A stretch of 52,473 nucleotides of DNA from a virus (IMGVR_UViG_2541047750_000003:1-52473); one strand, 5' to 3'; shown: positions 17,446 to 26,333, counted from the stretch's first letter. Program-made: numbers and translations. Notes: generated by a model not told the origin, from the sequence alone.

Positions 17446-18338
17446 ATAATTGGCATGATATATTTGAATACGACAACGGTTTTTTATATTGGAAGGGAAA
17501 GAAAGGAAAGTGTAACGCTGGTGATTTGGCTGGTTGCATCCATAAAAATAGTGGTTATTGGGTTGTTCGTGTTAACGATAAATTACATAAAGTACATAGA
17601 ATTATATGGGAAATGCATAACGGACCAATTCCGAAAGGATGCGAGATAGATCATATTTGGCACAACAGAAATGATAACAGGATAGAAAATTTACGCCTTG
17701 TTACTCATAAGCAAAACGGAAGAAATCAGGCAAAACCAAAAAATAATAAAAGTGGGCAGCCTGGGGTTCATAAACTTTCTAACGGATACTATAGAGCGGA
17801 AATATGTGTTAATGGTAAAAATGTGTATCTTGGTCAGTTTGATAATTTTGAAGATGCAGTGGATGTCAGAAAAAAAGGAGAAAAAAAATATTGTTTCCAT
17901 GAAAACAATGGTGTAAGCAAGGAGATTTTGATGCGTGAATTTGAATTCACGTTACCCTGGGCACCATCGGTTAATTCTTATTACGGCAACAATAAAAGGG
18001 GTAGTAAGTATGTAACAAACAAAGGCAAGGATTTCCAAAAAAAAGTCAAAGAAATAATAGAATCACTAAAACTTGATCTTAATATTGATTTTAATGTTTC
18101 CGTTTATATATATGTAGCGCCACCTACACTACGCCCACACGATATTGATAATTGCTTAAAAGCAATATTCGATAGTCTTACTTACGCTCATTTTTGGGTT
18201 GATGATAGGCAGGTTTTTAGTCTTAAGGTTGTAAAGTGCCATAAAATAAAAAACGGCCAGATATTCGTAAAAGTGAAAGAACATTCAGGGGTGTTACCTG
18301 ATATTAACGAATATATTCAGAATTATTGGGAGGTGTGA
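17442..18338 (+). CDS. HNH endonuclease (with AP2-like segment) fused in frame to RusA-like Holliday junction resolvase
   Basis: N-terminal half: HNH motif EIDHIWHNRNDNRIENLRLVTHKQN plus GVHKLSNGYYRAEICVNGKNVYLGQFDNFEDA; C-terminal half: RusA-like LPWAPSVNSYYG...HDIDNCLKAIFDSL...WVDDRQV; markedly AT-rich N-terminal half. Confidence 0.6.
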   Translation: MNNWHDIFEYDNGFLYWKGKKGKCNAGDLAGCIHKNSGYWVVRVNDKLHKVHRIIWEMHNGPIPKGCEIDHIWHNRNDNRIENLRLVTHKQNGRNQAKPKNNKSGQPGVHKLSNGYYRAEICVNGKNVYLGQFDNFEDAVDVRKKGEKKYCFHENNGVSKEILMREFEFTLPWAPSVNSYYGNNKRGSKYVTNKGKDFQKKVKEIIESLKLDLNIDFNVSVYIYVAPPTLRPHDIDNCLKAIFDSLTYAHFWVDDRQVFSLKVVKCHKIKNGQIFVKVKEHSGVLPDINEYIQNYWEV

Positions 18339-18340
18339 CA

Positions 18341-18526
18341 ATGAAAAATGAAGTTAAAGATCTGCAAATAGATATTCAGCGCGATGAGCATGATTTAGCT
18401 ACAGTCCGACAAATCCAGGCTTTTCATATGCGCGAATTGCTTGCATTGAAAGAGCTTGAGAAAAAGTTAGTCCAGTCTATTTCTGATCGTAAACAACTTA
18501 TTGCTCGTTACGGGGGGGGGGAATAA
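18341..18526 (+). CDS. hypothetical protein (61 aa)
   Basis: Start refined to ATG after GGGAGGTG RBS. Confidence 0.4.
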   Translation: MKNEVKDLQIDIQRDEHDLATVRQIQAFHMRELLALKELEKKLVQSISDRKQLIARYGGGE

Positions 18527-19248
18527 TGAATTTAGAATCCATTCTGAAATTCCACTTTCCCAAATCACCGCGATTATCAGACGAAAGCCGGGGCACATCC
18601 CCGGATGCGCTTAATACGACTGATGCGCTAACCGCTGCGGGTATGGCGCAATCGCGCGTAGAGCTTGGCTATAGTGCTTTTTTAGGGAAGATGGAGCTAT
18701 CGCAAGCCGAAAAACACAGGGCTGTAGTATTGCTTACAGAGCGTTTAAGAGCTATGGCGAAAGATTACGAATATGTGATGGAATTAAATGAAGAACAACG
18801 CAATGATCTTATTATTCTTGTTGCCGTTTTCGCGTTTCGGGATTATTGCCAAAGCGCCGCGACGGAAAAAACTTGTATGGAGTGCGGCGGATATAAATTT
18901 ACGTTTGACGACTACGGAGAAAAACATCTTTGCAAAAAATGCAAGGGGCATGGAAAGGTTCGCAATCATTGTAAACAATGCAAGGGGCGTGGCGAGATAC
19001 CGGATAAAACAGCCAGCGAAGCGGCGGAAATGCCAGTATTCAAAACGTGCCAGCACTGCGGCGGGCGAGGCTACTCGCGTTTCCCTGTAGATCTTGTCCG
19101 GCAGGCGGTTAATCAGCTTGTTTTTCCGGTAAGCCGATCAACATGGTGGAAGAAATACAGGGTTTTCTATGAAGACGCCATTGCTGAATTGTTCAAAGAA
19201 GAGGCGAGGGCTGATAACGAAATTAAACGAGTTACACGGGGTGAATAA
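18526..19248 (+). CDS. zinc-finger protein with four CxxCxGxG repeats (240 aa)
   Basis: CMECGGYK, CKKCKGHG, CKQCKGRG, CQHCGGRG resemble a DnaJ-type Cys-rich domain. Confidence 0.5.
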   Translation: MNLESILKFHFPKSPRLSDESRGTSPDALNTTDALTAAGMAQSRVELGYSAFLGKMELSQAEKHRAVVLLTERLRAMAKDYEYVMELNEEQRNDLIILVAVFAFRDYCQSAATEKTCMECGGYKFTFDDYGEKHLCKKCKGHGKVRNHCKQCKGRGEIPDKTASEAAEMPVFKTCQHCGGRGYSRFPVDLVRQAVNQLVFPVSRSTWWKKYRVFYEDAIAELFKEEARADNEIKRVTRGE

Positions 19249-19448
19249 TGGATAAGATGGAAATAAACGATCAGTTTGCCGTTATTTTGTTCGAAGATAA
19301 AACAGGCGGCGCATGGTGTAAGAAAGTCACTGGTGCAGAAGCGCGTTTGGTGTTGGGTATGGCAAGCGCGTTAAATGATGGTGAATTGCCAGCCGTGCCA
19401 ATTGAGCCAGTTCATATTTACGGACGGAGTAACGACAATGAAGCCTAA
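19248..19448 (+). CDS. hypothetical protein (66 aa)
   Basis: ORF, ATGA coupling. Confidence 0.35.
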   Translation: MDKMEINDQFAVILFEDKTGGAWCKKVTGAEARLVLGMASALNDGELPAVPIEPVHIYGRSNDNEA

Positions 19449-19707
19449 ATTAAAGGAACATATATTTGCAAAGCTGGTTAATGACCTGACATTATCTGCG
19501 CGGTTGTGTCGTGATACGCAACAATTAAGGGCGTGGATAGCAAGGGATTTAAGAAAATATATTGAACCAGGCAGGCCAGGCGGAGAAATCACGATGGACG
19601 AAGCCATCAAGCGCCGTTCGGCTGAATGGTCAGTAAGTAATACAGGATTAACCGGATACATCGAAGGCTATAACGACTGTTTACAGGATCATGGCGATGG
19701 CAAGTAA
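19438..19707 (+). CDS. hypothetical protein (89 aa)
   Basis: Start refined to MKPKLKEH (track ORF 19375..19707). Confidence 0.4.
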   Translation: MKPKLKEHIFAKLVNDLTLSARLCRDTQQLRAWIARDLRKYIEPGRPGGEITMDEAIKRRSAEWSVSNTGLTGYIEGYNDCLQDHGDGK

Positions 19708-20005
19708 AGATCTACATTTAAACCTGAAAGGAGAATACTTTTACGCCATCCGGGCGGGAAAGAAGGTGGAAGAATACAGGCTTTACAATGACTATTGGCG
19801 TAAACGCCTGGAAGGGCGGGAATATGAACGCCTGATCATTAAGCTGGGGTATCCAGCCAGCCACGAAGCGCACCGGATTATAAACCTGCCTTATTTCGGG
19901 TACGAAGTAAAAACTATCACGCATCCATTATTCGGCCCTGATCCTGTTAAGGTATTCGCAATTAAGTGTGATGTGAATTGGATGTTAAGGTGGGGTGAGC
20001 AATGA
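19691..20005 (+). CDS. hypothetical protein (104 aa)
   Basis: ORF in operon. Confidence 0.4.
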   Translation: MAMASKDLHLNLKGEYFYAIRAGKKVEEYRLYNDYWRKRLEGREYERLIIKLGYPASHEAHRIINLPYFGYEVKTITHPLFGPDPVKVFAIKCDVNWMLRWGEQ

Positions 20006-20211
20006 AAAAAGCTGGCCTGTCAATTAGCCGTGTATTGTGCGGCGACGAAAACGAGATCCGCATAGAAATTAAATTTAGCATGGGTAAAGAGATAATTCTT
20101 TACACGACACCTGAAAACATGACGCTGGCGCTTACTGGTAAATCTGAAACGCCGTGCGACGTCCGGTTACGCAATATTGAAATTAAGGAATTAAGGAAGG
20201 GTGAAAAATGA
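20002..20211 (+). CDS. hypothetical protein (69 aa)
   Basis: ATGA coupling. Confidence 0.4.
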   Translation: MKKAGLSISRVLCGDENEIRIEIKFSMGKEIILYTTPENMTLALTGKSETPCDVRLRNIEIKELRKGEK

Positions 20212-20423
20212 AAAGTAACCGTAAACGCCTGGTAAGGGCGTATGATAAAGCATTAAAGGCTTTTGACGACCTGCGACACAATAAGCGCCAGCGCCGCAAA
20301 TGGGCGCGTATGCTTGTTTATGAGTGGCATTATTCTGATGCTTTTATGGAAAGTGCGCCGCTATTAACACAAGAACAAGCCGACGAAGTAGCTAACGATA
20401 ACGTTTATTATATGATGTGGTGA
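20208..20423 (+). CDS. hypothetical protein (71 aa)
   Basis: ATGA coupling. Confidence 0.4.
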   Translation: MKSNRKRLVRAYDKALKAFDDLRHNKRQRRKWARMLVYEWHYSDAFMESAPLLTQEQADEVANDNVYYMMW

Positions 20424-20427
20424 TAAT

Positions 20428-20793
20428 ATGCAAATAATCATTGATTACCTTTGCCACGCTGCAAATACGCTTTTCGGTTTTTATCAGCAACCATTCCTGA
20501 AAGAATGGGACGAAATGCTTAATGACATCCTCGACAAAGGATTAATAATGGAATTCGGGGAGCTAACAATCAAATTTAATTACGAAGGCAAAGAATATGA
20601 CATATGGGTAGGCAACAGATGGTATTCATACGGGCATATTTATTCAATTGGCGGTAAATACATTAAACGAAGTCAGGAATTTAGACCGCGCTTCCGCACA
20701 ATGCGACGACTGCATGACCTGCATATGAAGATATTTGGAGATCAGGAAGCACGGGAATTATTCAAAATTTACGGGGATAAATCATGGAGCTAA
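20428..20793 (+). CDS. hypothetical protein (121 aa)
   Basis: ORF in operon. Confidence 0.4.
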   Translation: MQIIIDYLCHAANTLFGFYQQPFLKEWDEMLNDILDKGLIMEFGELTIKFNYEGKEYDIWVGNRWYSYGHIYSIGGKYIKRSQEFRPRFRTMRRLHDLHMKIFGDQEARELFKIYGDKSWS

Positions 20794-21014
20794 AAATCTG
20801 GCAGACTATCGACGTAGTTGATAATGAATTAACAATGTTTGCCACTGACGGAAAACGCGTGGTGATCGCTACATGGACGCACAACCATGATGATATTGTT
20901 TTTCGTCGCAAAGCTGCGGAATGGCTTTTCTCTGATGAAGGCTACACGATGAACATTGCACAGCTTGCAAGAATGAAGGATGAAAAGCTGGTAGACAGCT
21001 ACACAACTGCATAA
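20784..21014 (+). CDS. hypothetical protein (76 aa)
   Basis: ORF in operon. Confidence 0.4.
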   Translation: MELKIWQTIDVVDNELTMFATDGKRVVIATWTHNHDDIVFRRKAAEWLFSDEGYTMNIAQLARMKDEKLVDSYTTA

Positions 21015-21024
21015 CGGGGTAAAT

Positions 21025-21258
21025 ATGCGTATTTATGAACACAAGCGGGATAAAACCCGCTTTTTTGTTCGTGCTGGCGTTGCATACCAGTATCACGAAT
21101 GCGGATACATTGAGGCGCTTGCTTACGATCTGGATTTCGAGCAGGAAAAAGAATGGTTCGATTTCAAAATATACCGCAAGCGTAAACCAACGCGCTACGA
21201 GCGCCACGCTATCCGGGACTTTTTAATCAGCATTGAGCGCTGGGGGACAGAAGAATGA
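21025..21258 (+). CDS. hypothetical protein (77 aa)
   Basis: ORF in operon. Confidence 0.4.
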   Translation: MRIYEHKRDKTRFFVRAGVAYQYHECGYIEALAYDLDFEQEKEWFDFKIYRKRKPTRYERHAIRDFLISIERWGTEE

Positions 21259-21533
21259 GAACAAAGAAAACAGCAGATCAGAAAGCGTTAGTTATCGCTA
21301 CAACGGATGTATCGTTATTCACGAAGGGTGAAGAGATAGATCTTAAATTGCTTTTTGGAATGTTTGAGCCACACGAAAAGCCGTGGTTCGTACATGAAGA
21401 TAAACAAGGCAATATGCGCGTAGTAGTGCCTGACAGTAAAAGCGATATATTTTTTGGTATTCCAGATCCGTTACATGACGGTGAGATGTTGGCGGTGTTG
21501 TTGATCTCTGATGCTGTTACTTATAAGGGGTAA
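21255..21533 (+). CDS. hypothetical protein (92 aa)
   Basis: ATGA coupling. Confidence 0.4.
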   Translation: MRTKKTADQKALVIATTDVSLFTKGEEIDLKLLFGMFEPHEKPWFVHEDKQGNMRVVVPDSKSDIFFGIPDPLHDGEMLAVLLISDAVTYKG

Positions 21534-21535
21534 AG

Positions 21536-21763
21536 ATGAAAGTCAAATTCTTGCACGATCACGGTTATCCGTCATTGAAACAGGTTGTTGGTAAGGTCGT
21601 TAATGTCGTTCATAGCGATGATGTCACTTGCATGATTAACGGTGCTGATTTAATCGCCGCTGGCGCTGATGATCATTACATCAATCCGGCGTGGTCGTAT
21701 ACGTTCAGCCTGGGTGACTTCGTTGGCGACAAGGGGCGCGGGCTGCAAGTGGTCGAGGGTTAA
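21536..21763 (+). CDS. hypothetical protein (75 aa)
   Basis: ORF in operon. Confidence 0.4.
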   Translation: MKVKFLHDHGYPSLKQVVGKVVNVVHSDDVTCMINGADLIAAGADDHYINPAWSYTFSLGDFVGDKGRGLQVVEG

Positions 21764-21767
21764 TATC

Positions 21768-22016
21768 ATGGACGTTTACGAAGATCTATACCTTCAGACG
21801 AATACCCACACTTTTTATTTTTTGAAAAACGGCGTTGTATATCGCAGCGACGACGGGATGGTAATGAAGGAGTGGTTATTTAAGCGTAAAGACCTACTCG
21901 ACGATCTGGTTTTTGCCGGGATATTTCGTAAACGTCCGGCTAACCTGGAAGAAGAAATGTTGATTGAGGTAATTAAAAATGAAAATCAGGGTAAGTTATT
22001 TCCGGGCGAAAGATAA
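21768..22016 (+). CDS. hypothetical protein (82 aa)
   Basis: Start refined to MDVYEDLY (track ORF 21669..22016). Confidence 0.4.
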   Translation: MDVYEDLYLQTNTHTFYFLKNGVVYRSDDGMVMKEWLFKRKDLLDDLVFAGIFRKRPANLEEEMLIEVIKNENQGKLFPGER

Positions 22017-22230
22017 GGCAACAGGAAAGCAGATGGCGATCCTGGTTAACGAGGCCAATTATATGTTTGTACTTCAGCCGTGGTGCATAGCTGACTATAA
22101 CGATGATTATCGTCGTCACGGTGCGCGGAGTGCGGTAGGCATGAAAGGCTGGCAACCGCGCGACATGGAAAACTATTGTGAATGGAAATTAGTAGCAAAA
22201 TACACTGTCGATTATAAAGGTGTTTTCTGA
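21979..22230 (+). CDS. hypothetical protein (83 aa)
   Basis: ORF in operon. Confidence 0.4.
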   Translation: MKIRVSYFRAKDKATGKQMAILVNEANYMFVLQPWCIADYNDDYRRHGARSAVGMKGWQPRDMENYCEWKLVAKYTVDYKGVF

Positions 22231-22302
22231 TTAATGTTACTTTCACGGAAGATATGCGAACCAGTGGGGCAAATGACCCCATCAAGCCAGAAGGGTTTAA
22301 TC

Positions 22303-22602
22303 ATGAAAAGCGATAAATTCATTGCGTGCTGTTTTGTTGAAGTGCCTAAAGGTGATGCCTTCTGCGATTATGAATTTAAAGACAGTTGGGGAAAATCTCA
22401 TGTTGTAGTTGGCAAGCGCGGAGACTGGTTATACATAACAGACGACGACATGATTTTTACTGCAAACCAGTTATTCAAAATTAAGTCAGAAAATAGTGAA
22501 ACGCCACTTTGCAGCATGTTTAACATGCATTATCACTCACTATTATTGTTAAAACAAGATGTTATAAATAAAGCGCGTAGCTTACCTGGTGCTGAATTTT
22601 AA
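22303..22602 (+). CDS. hypothetical protein (99 aa)
   Basis: Start refined to MKSDKFIACC (track ORF 22234..22602). Confidence 0.4.
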   Translation: MKSDKFIACCFVEVPKGDAFCDYEFKDSWGKSHVVVGKRGDWLYITDDDMIFTANQLFKIKSENSETPLCSMFNMHYHSLLLLKQDVINKARSLPGAEF

Positions 22603-22625
22603 TTTATTACTAAGGAGAATAAGCA

Positions 22626-22949
22626 ATGTACAAATTTATCAGCGTTAAAGTTTTTCGTGGCACTTTACCGAGCAAGGAAACATTAGGGCAATTCGCCGGA
22701 CAACCTGGCGCATGTTTCCGTGTAGCCACTGAAGACGACGCGCACGTTAAATGCTTCCATGTAACTGAACCGCCTTTTAATGCAGACCATCTTGAAGACC
22801 TGAATAGAATTAAAAGCCTTATTTTTGCTTATCTGGCGTTCCCTGGAATGGGTGATACTGATGTTGAATTGCTTGGTGCTGAACTGTTTGCGGAATACAA
22901 AATGACTGAAGGTGTAACAGGGGGAATTGACATTGAGCGCATTAAGTAA
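22626..22949 (+). CDS. hypothetical protein (107 aa)
   Basis: AAGGAG RBS. Confidence 0.45.
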   Translation: MYKFISVKVFRGTLPSKETLGQFAGQPGACFRVATEDDAHVKCFHVTEPPFNADHLEDLNRIKSLIFAYLAFPGMGDTDVELLGAELFAEYKMTEGVTGGIDIERIK

Positions 22950-23187
22950 GCTATACAAGATCAGGTGTAAAGGCGAATACCCTGGCTTTACTACTGGATG
23001 CGAATACCTGGGCCATATTGGGTATGGATCTTTCGGTGAATTAGGGATGAATACGCTTGACGACGACGGCGACAGCAGGACGCTTGATCTTGATTCTGAT
23101 GATTTCGAATACATCCCGCCAGTGACTTCCCGCGTAGTTGATGAGTTCCTGGCTGAACATGAAGATGATGAGGATGATTATGATTGA
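22927..23187 (+). CDS. acidic hypothetical protein (86 aa)
   Basis: Track ORF begins at a TTG; start uncertain; Asp/Glu-rich C-terminus. Confidence 0.3.
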   Translation: MTLSALSKLYKIRCKGEYPGFTTGCEYLGHIGYGSFGELGMNTLDDDGDSRTLDLDSDDFEYIPPVTSRVVDEFLAEHEDDEDDYD

Positions 23188-23374
23188 ATGCCTTATTGCT
23201 GTGATTGTTTTGCTTTATATCGCTGGCGCGATCCTGATGTCATGTTTTATTAAGTATAGCGGCGCTGAACCTGGTGGCCTTGAGATTCCTTTATGGCCTG
23301 TAGTGATGTTTCTCGCTTTCTTTGATGCTACGGTAGTGCAGATCAAGCGAGCTATTAAGGAGCGCAAGAAATGA
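23180..23374 (+). CDS. small membrane protein (64 aa)
   Basis: Start refined to MIECLIAVIVLLYIAGAILM; two hydrophobic helices. Confidence 0.4.
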   Translation: MIECLIAVIVLLYIAGAILMSCFIKYSGAEPGGLEIPLWPVVMFLAFFDATVVQIKRAIKERKK

Positions 23375-23553
23375 TTGAAGACGGTATCTATGGTGTAAAC
23401 CTGATGGAGAACGTTTTTTACATGGTGGACGGCGATACTGTAACAATCAGCTTCGATGGTGGGGAATATGCAGAGCCATTCTTCAAAACAACAAGGGAAG
23501 ACATTAAGCACGGCGTTGATAACGGCGTACTGTTTAAGGTTGGCGAGTTATGA
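23371..23553 (+). CDS. hypothetical protein (60 aa)
   Basis: ATGA coupling; N-terminus MIEDGIYG paralogous to the next ORF. Confidence 0.4.
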   Translation: MIEDGIYGVNLMENVFYMVDGDTVTISFDGGEYAEPFFKTTREDIKHGVDNGVLFKVGEL

Positions 23554-23726
23554 ACGAGATCGAAGACGGTATCTATTTGCACATGTTATTTAATATCGCC
23601 TATTTGGTTAAAGGTGATAAGGTGATGACACAAAGCGCTGGCAATAAATATTGGGAATCAAGCGGAATGGATCGGTGGCATATGCAGATGTTGCTTGATA
23701 ATGGCCTGATATACAGGAAGCAGTAA
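23550..23726 (+). CDS. hypothetical protein (58 aa)
   Basis: MNEIEDGIYLHMLF...; stop TAA begins the first copy of an 18-nt direct repeat. Confidence 0.35.
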   Translation: MNEIEDGIYLHMLFNIAYLVKGDKVMTQSAGNKYWESSGMDRWHMQMLLDNGLIYRKQ

Positions 23727-23991
23727 AGCCGTATTTGTGGGGGGCAGTATGGAAGAAATGATTTTGCTGTCATTAATATGGCATCGGTTCGGGAGTGAAA
23801 AAGGTTACTCGCCTGCTTGCTGGCTGGATAGTAAAAGTGGGAAGGGGTATCAAAACGAATGCGAATTTAGAAGGGAGTGGCGAGGCGGTAAGGAAGTGCA
23901 AGGATATTTTGCACCGAAACACGTCGCCGCCAAATACAAAGAATGGCTTGTTCGTTTGCTTGGCCCTTATCGTTAAAGCCGTATTTGTGGG
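23724..23991. repeat. 18-nt direct repeat TAAAGCCGTATTTGTGGG (two copies, 23724-23741 and 23974-23991)
   Basis: Exact identity read from sequence; each copy starts with the stop codon of a small ORF. Confidence 0.8.
23749..23976 (+). CDS. hypothetical protein (75 aa)
   Basis: Start refined to MEEMILLS; flanked by the two copies of the 18-nt repeat. Confidence 0.4.
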   Translation: MEEMILLSLIWHRFGSEKGYSPACWLDSKSGKGYQNECEFRREWRGGKEVQGYFAPKHVAAKYKEWLVRLLGPYR

Positions 23992-24013
23992 TCGAAAACA
24001 AACAGATTAAAAT
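23985..24013 (+). promoter_or_regulatory. candidate late promoter (pR-prime-like)
   Basis: TTGTGG, 17-nt spacer, TAAAAT, about 30 nt upstream of a terminator hairpin and 70 nt upstream of the holin ATG. Confidence 0.3.
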
Positions 24014-24040
24014 ATTACCTAACAATGCGAAACTGTAACT

Positions 24041-24070
24041 ACCCGGCCCCGTGCCGGGTTTTTGCTTTGT
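24041..24070 (+). terminator. intrinsic terminator-like hairpin just upstream of the lysis cassette (tR-prime-like)
   Basis: acccggc-cccgt-gccgggt followed by TTTTTGCTTTGTT, directly before the holin RBS GGAGG. Confidence 0.5.
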
Positions 24071-24083
24071 TGGAGGTAAATCT

Positions 24084-24284
24084 ATGTTCGACAGAATACG
24101 GGAGGCATGTGCGTATGTGACTGGGGCCGTAACTGCTTTTTTCGGCGCGATAACCATCAATGATATTGCCGTCTTTGTGGGTATCTTATCAACCGTAGGC
24201 ACATTTGCCGTTAATTATTACTTCAAATCACAGGAGAACAAGCGAGCGCAAGAGGAACACGACGCGCGAATGGGGAATAAGTAA
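24084..24284 (+). CDS. class II holin / pinholin (phage 21 S-like)
   Basis: 66 aa from the ATG after the GGAGG RBS; two TM helices, charged C-terminal tail; immediately precedes the SAR endolysin. Confidence 0.65.
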   Translation: MFDRIREACAYVTGAVTAFFGAITINDIAVFVGILSTVGTFAVNYYFKSQENKRAQEEHDARMGNK

Positions 24285-24285
24285 C

Positions 24286-24777
24286 ATGATTAGCCAATCG
24301 CTGAAAAATAAGATTATTGCGGCGGCGGCTGGTGGGGCGATCGCTATTGCGGGGATGATGATAAAAGATCTTGAAGGCGTTGAGTATAAGCCGTACAGAG
24401 ATGTCATCGGTGTTTACACGATATGTTATGGACACGTCGGAAAAGACATCATGCTTGGTAAGACTTACACGCAATCAGAATGCGATGCTTTGTTAAATAA
24501 AGATCTACACAAGACCGCAAAAGCGATTAACCCATATATCAAAGTCGAAATATCAGATTTTACCCGCGCTGCACTTTATTCCTTCGCCTATAACGTAGGC
24601 GCTACCAACTTCAAAACATCAACCTTACTAAAACTACTCAATGACGGCAAGAAATCAGAAGCGTGCGCACAGCTTAAGCGCTGGGTATACGCTGGCGGTA
24701 AGAAGTGGCAAGGCCTGGTAAACCGCCGTGATGTTGAATATGCCGTTTGCGAATGGGGGGAAACGTGGACAAGGTGA
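24286..24777 (+). CDS. SAR endolysin (GH24 lysozyme)
   Basis: N-terminal signal-anchor-release-like segment [20 protein letters not shown], then lysozyme signature [21 protein letters not shown]. Confidence 0.8.
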   Translation: MISQSLKNKIIAAAAGGAIAIAGMMIKDLEGVEYKPYRDVIGVYTICYGHVGKDIMLGKTYTQSECDALLNKDLHKTAKAINPYIKVEISDFTRAALYSFAYNVGATNFKTSTLLKLLNDGKKSEACAQLKRWVYAGGKKWQGLVNRRDVEYAVCEWGETWTR

Positions 24778-25235
24778 AGGCGTTAATTATCGCCGCTGTT
24801 GTTTGCATTATTGCCGGACTAACCGCCGTAACGTGTTATTACCAGGGTGAGGCGACAAGGTTACAGGAAGAAGTCACGGTGACGAAAGGCGCACTGAAGA
24901 CAGCAAGTAACACTATTCAGCAGATGAAGGAGCGAAACGCCGAACTGTCAAAACTTGATAAGAGGTATCACGATGAGATTAAAGCTATCAGATCTGACAT
25001 TGCCGATCTGCGCACTGGCATTGATAACGGTACTATCCGGTTGCGCGTCAACGCCGTGCCAATGCGAACAGACAGTAATACCGGAACCTCCAGCCGCATT
25101 GATGGAGCCACCTGCGAACCTACTGCCGACGCTAAATCGGCTTATCTATCCCTCAGAGAACAACTAAAAATAAAAGACGCACAGATCACTGGCCTACAGG
25201 ACTACATCAAAACTCAGTGTTTACGCAAAGAATAG
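24747..25235 (+). CDS. i-spanin (Rz-like)
   Basis: N-terminal TM helix, coiled-coil periplasmic region, overlaps the endolysin 3-prime end. Confidence 0.65.
   Translation: MRMGGNVDKVKALIIAAVVCIIAGLTAVTCYYQGEATRLQEEVTVTKGALKTASNTIQQMKERNAELSKLDKRYHDEIKAIRSDIADLRTGIDNGTIRLRVNAVPMRTDSNTGTSSRIDGATCEPTADAKSAYLSLREQLKIKDAQITGLQDYIKTQCLRKE
24973..25167 (+). CDS. o-spanin (Rz1-like lipoprotein) embedded in the Rz gene
   Basis: +1 frame inside Rz; [24 protein letters not shown] lipobox, Pro-rich mature part. Confidence 0.6.
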   Translation: MRLKLSDLTLPICALALITVLSGCASTPCQCEQTVIPEPPAALMEPPANLLPTLNRLIYPSENN

Positions 25236-25573
25236 CAGCGCGTTGACGTGTCGCCGTTTCTGTCAGCCAGCCATAACCGGGCCAATCCTTCCCGCGAGCG
25301 ACGGCGGAATAGTCAAAAACACGTAATACCGGGTAAACAACCTCATTAACAGGTACGGCGCTACCTGGGTAGAAGAAAGCGCCATTTACTCACCTGCCAC
25401 GCGTAGGACGAGCGCCCGGATCTGTTTATCAGAGATGTTAAGCAGGTCCAGTTTTATAAAATTCTGCAAACGGTACTCACTAAGCGCCGTTTTCAGTGTT
25501 TTATATCTGTTTTCACTCCCTGCGGTGTCCAGTTTTGCGGGGGTTATATTTTTCAGGATAGAGGAATATTCTG

Positions 25574-26158
25574 ATGGCTAAGGGTAAAGGCATTAAGTTG
25601 CCTCAATTCAAAGTCCCGCTCTTCGAGCATACAACAGTTTTCTTCTGCCCGACTCGTGACATGTTCTATGAATTTTGCGAAAAGGCAGGGATCCCAATCG
25701 AACCTGATTTTGAACTGGCAGGAGGTTTAACACTTACTTGCACTGGCGAGAAAGGCGGTAACTTCTACGTGATCGCAGTATTCGATAATGAGCTTGGTAC
25801 GCTGGTACATGAAGCGGCTCACACTACATTCCACGTTTTAAGTGATGTCGGTGTCGTAGCGACTACAGAACCAAGCCATCCGGCAAACGAGACATATGCT
25901 TACATGGTGGGCCGCATCTTTGATGCATTCTTCCCGATCCTGGCTGAATCTAACGAAGCACAGTTGGCAGCTATGCAGGCCGCTGAAGTCGTTGAGCAGG
26001 CATTGGAGCAGGCGGAAAAGGCGACTGATGCAGCAGAACAGGCAGTAGAGCAGGCAGAGGAGCCGAAAGAAGAGAAAAAACCAGCCAAGAAAGGCAAACG
26101 TAAGCCTAAAGCAAAAGAGGCGCTTGTACCGCGTGTAATGAGCTTTAAACGAGGCTGA
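25574..26158 (+). CDS. hypothetical protein with HExxH motif (194 aa)
   Basis: LVHEAAHTTFHV (possible zinc-binding HExxH); low-complexity acidic-then-basic C-terminus. Confidence 0.45.
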   Translation: MAKGKGIKLPQFKVPLFEHTTVFFCPTRDMFYEFCEKAGIPIEPDFELAGGLTLTCTGEKGGNFYVIAVFDNELGTLVHEAAHTTFHVLSDVGVVATTEPSHPANETYAYMVGRIFDAFFPILAESNEAQLAAMQAAEVVEQALEQAEKATDAAEQAVEQAEEPKEEKKPAKKGKRKPKAKEALVPRVMSFKRG

Positions 26159-26160
26159 TT

Positions 26161-26223
26161 ATGGACGCTTATTTATTTATCGGAATGGCGGCGGCTGTAA
26201 TATTGTTTTTGTTGTGGAAGTAA
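26161..26223 (+). CDS. micro-ORF 1 of array, single-TM peptide (20 aa)
   Basis: MDAYLFIGMAAAVILFLLWK; GAGG SD 10 nt upstream; stop overlaps next start (TAATG). Confidence 0.45.
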   Translation: MDAYLFIGMAAAVILFLLWK

Positions 26224-26333
26224 TGATTATGGCCGCTTACATCATTGCCGTATTAATCGGCGTTTCTGTGTTTCTTGCTGGTTCTATTATAGTTGCGCTG
26301 ATAAACGTATATATCAAGTATTTGGTGGGGTGA
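26223..26333 (+). CDS. micro-ORF 2, hydrophobic peptide (36 aa)
   Basis: MIMAAYIIAVLIGVSVFLAGSIIVALINVYIKYLVG. Confidence 0.45.
   Translation: MIMAAYIIAVLIGVSVFLAGSIIVALINVYIKYLVG

Noticed and set aside
17455-17916. Alternative-frame ORFs (64, 72 and 69 aa) inside the HNH-RusA gene
   Set aside because: Products of the AT-rich composition of the HNH segment; overlap a frame with clear HNH motifs
25236-25573. Gene in the 338-nt gap after Rz
   Set aside because: No ATG-initiated ORF with RBS on either strand; minus-strand frame lacks a start codon; likely regulatory spacer
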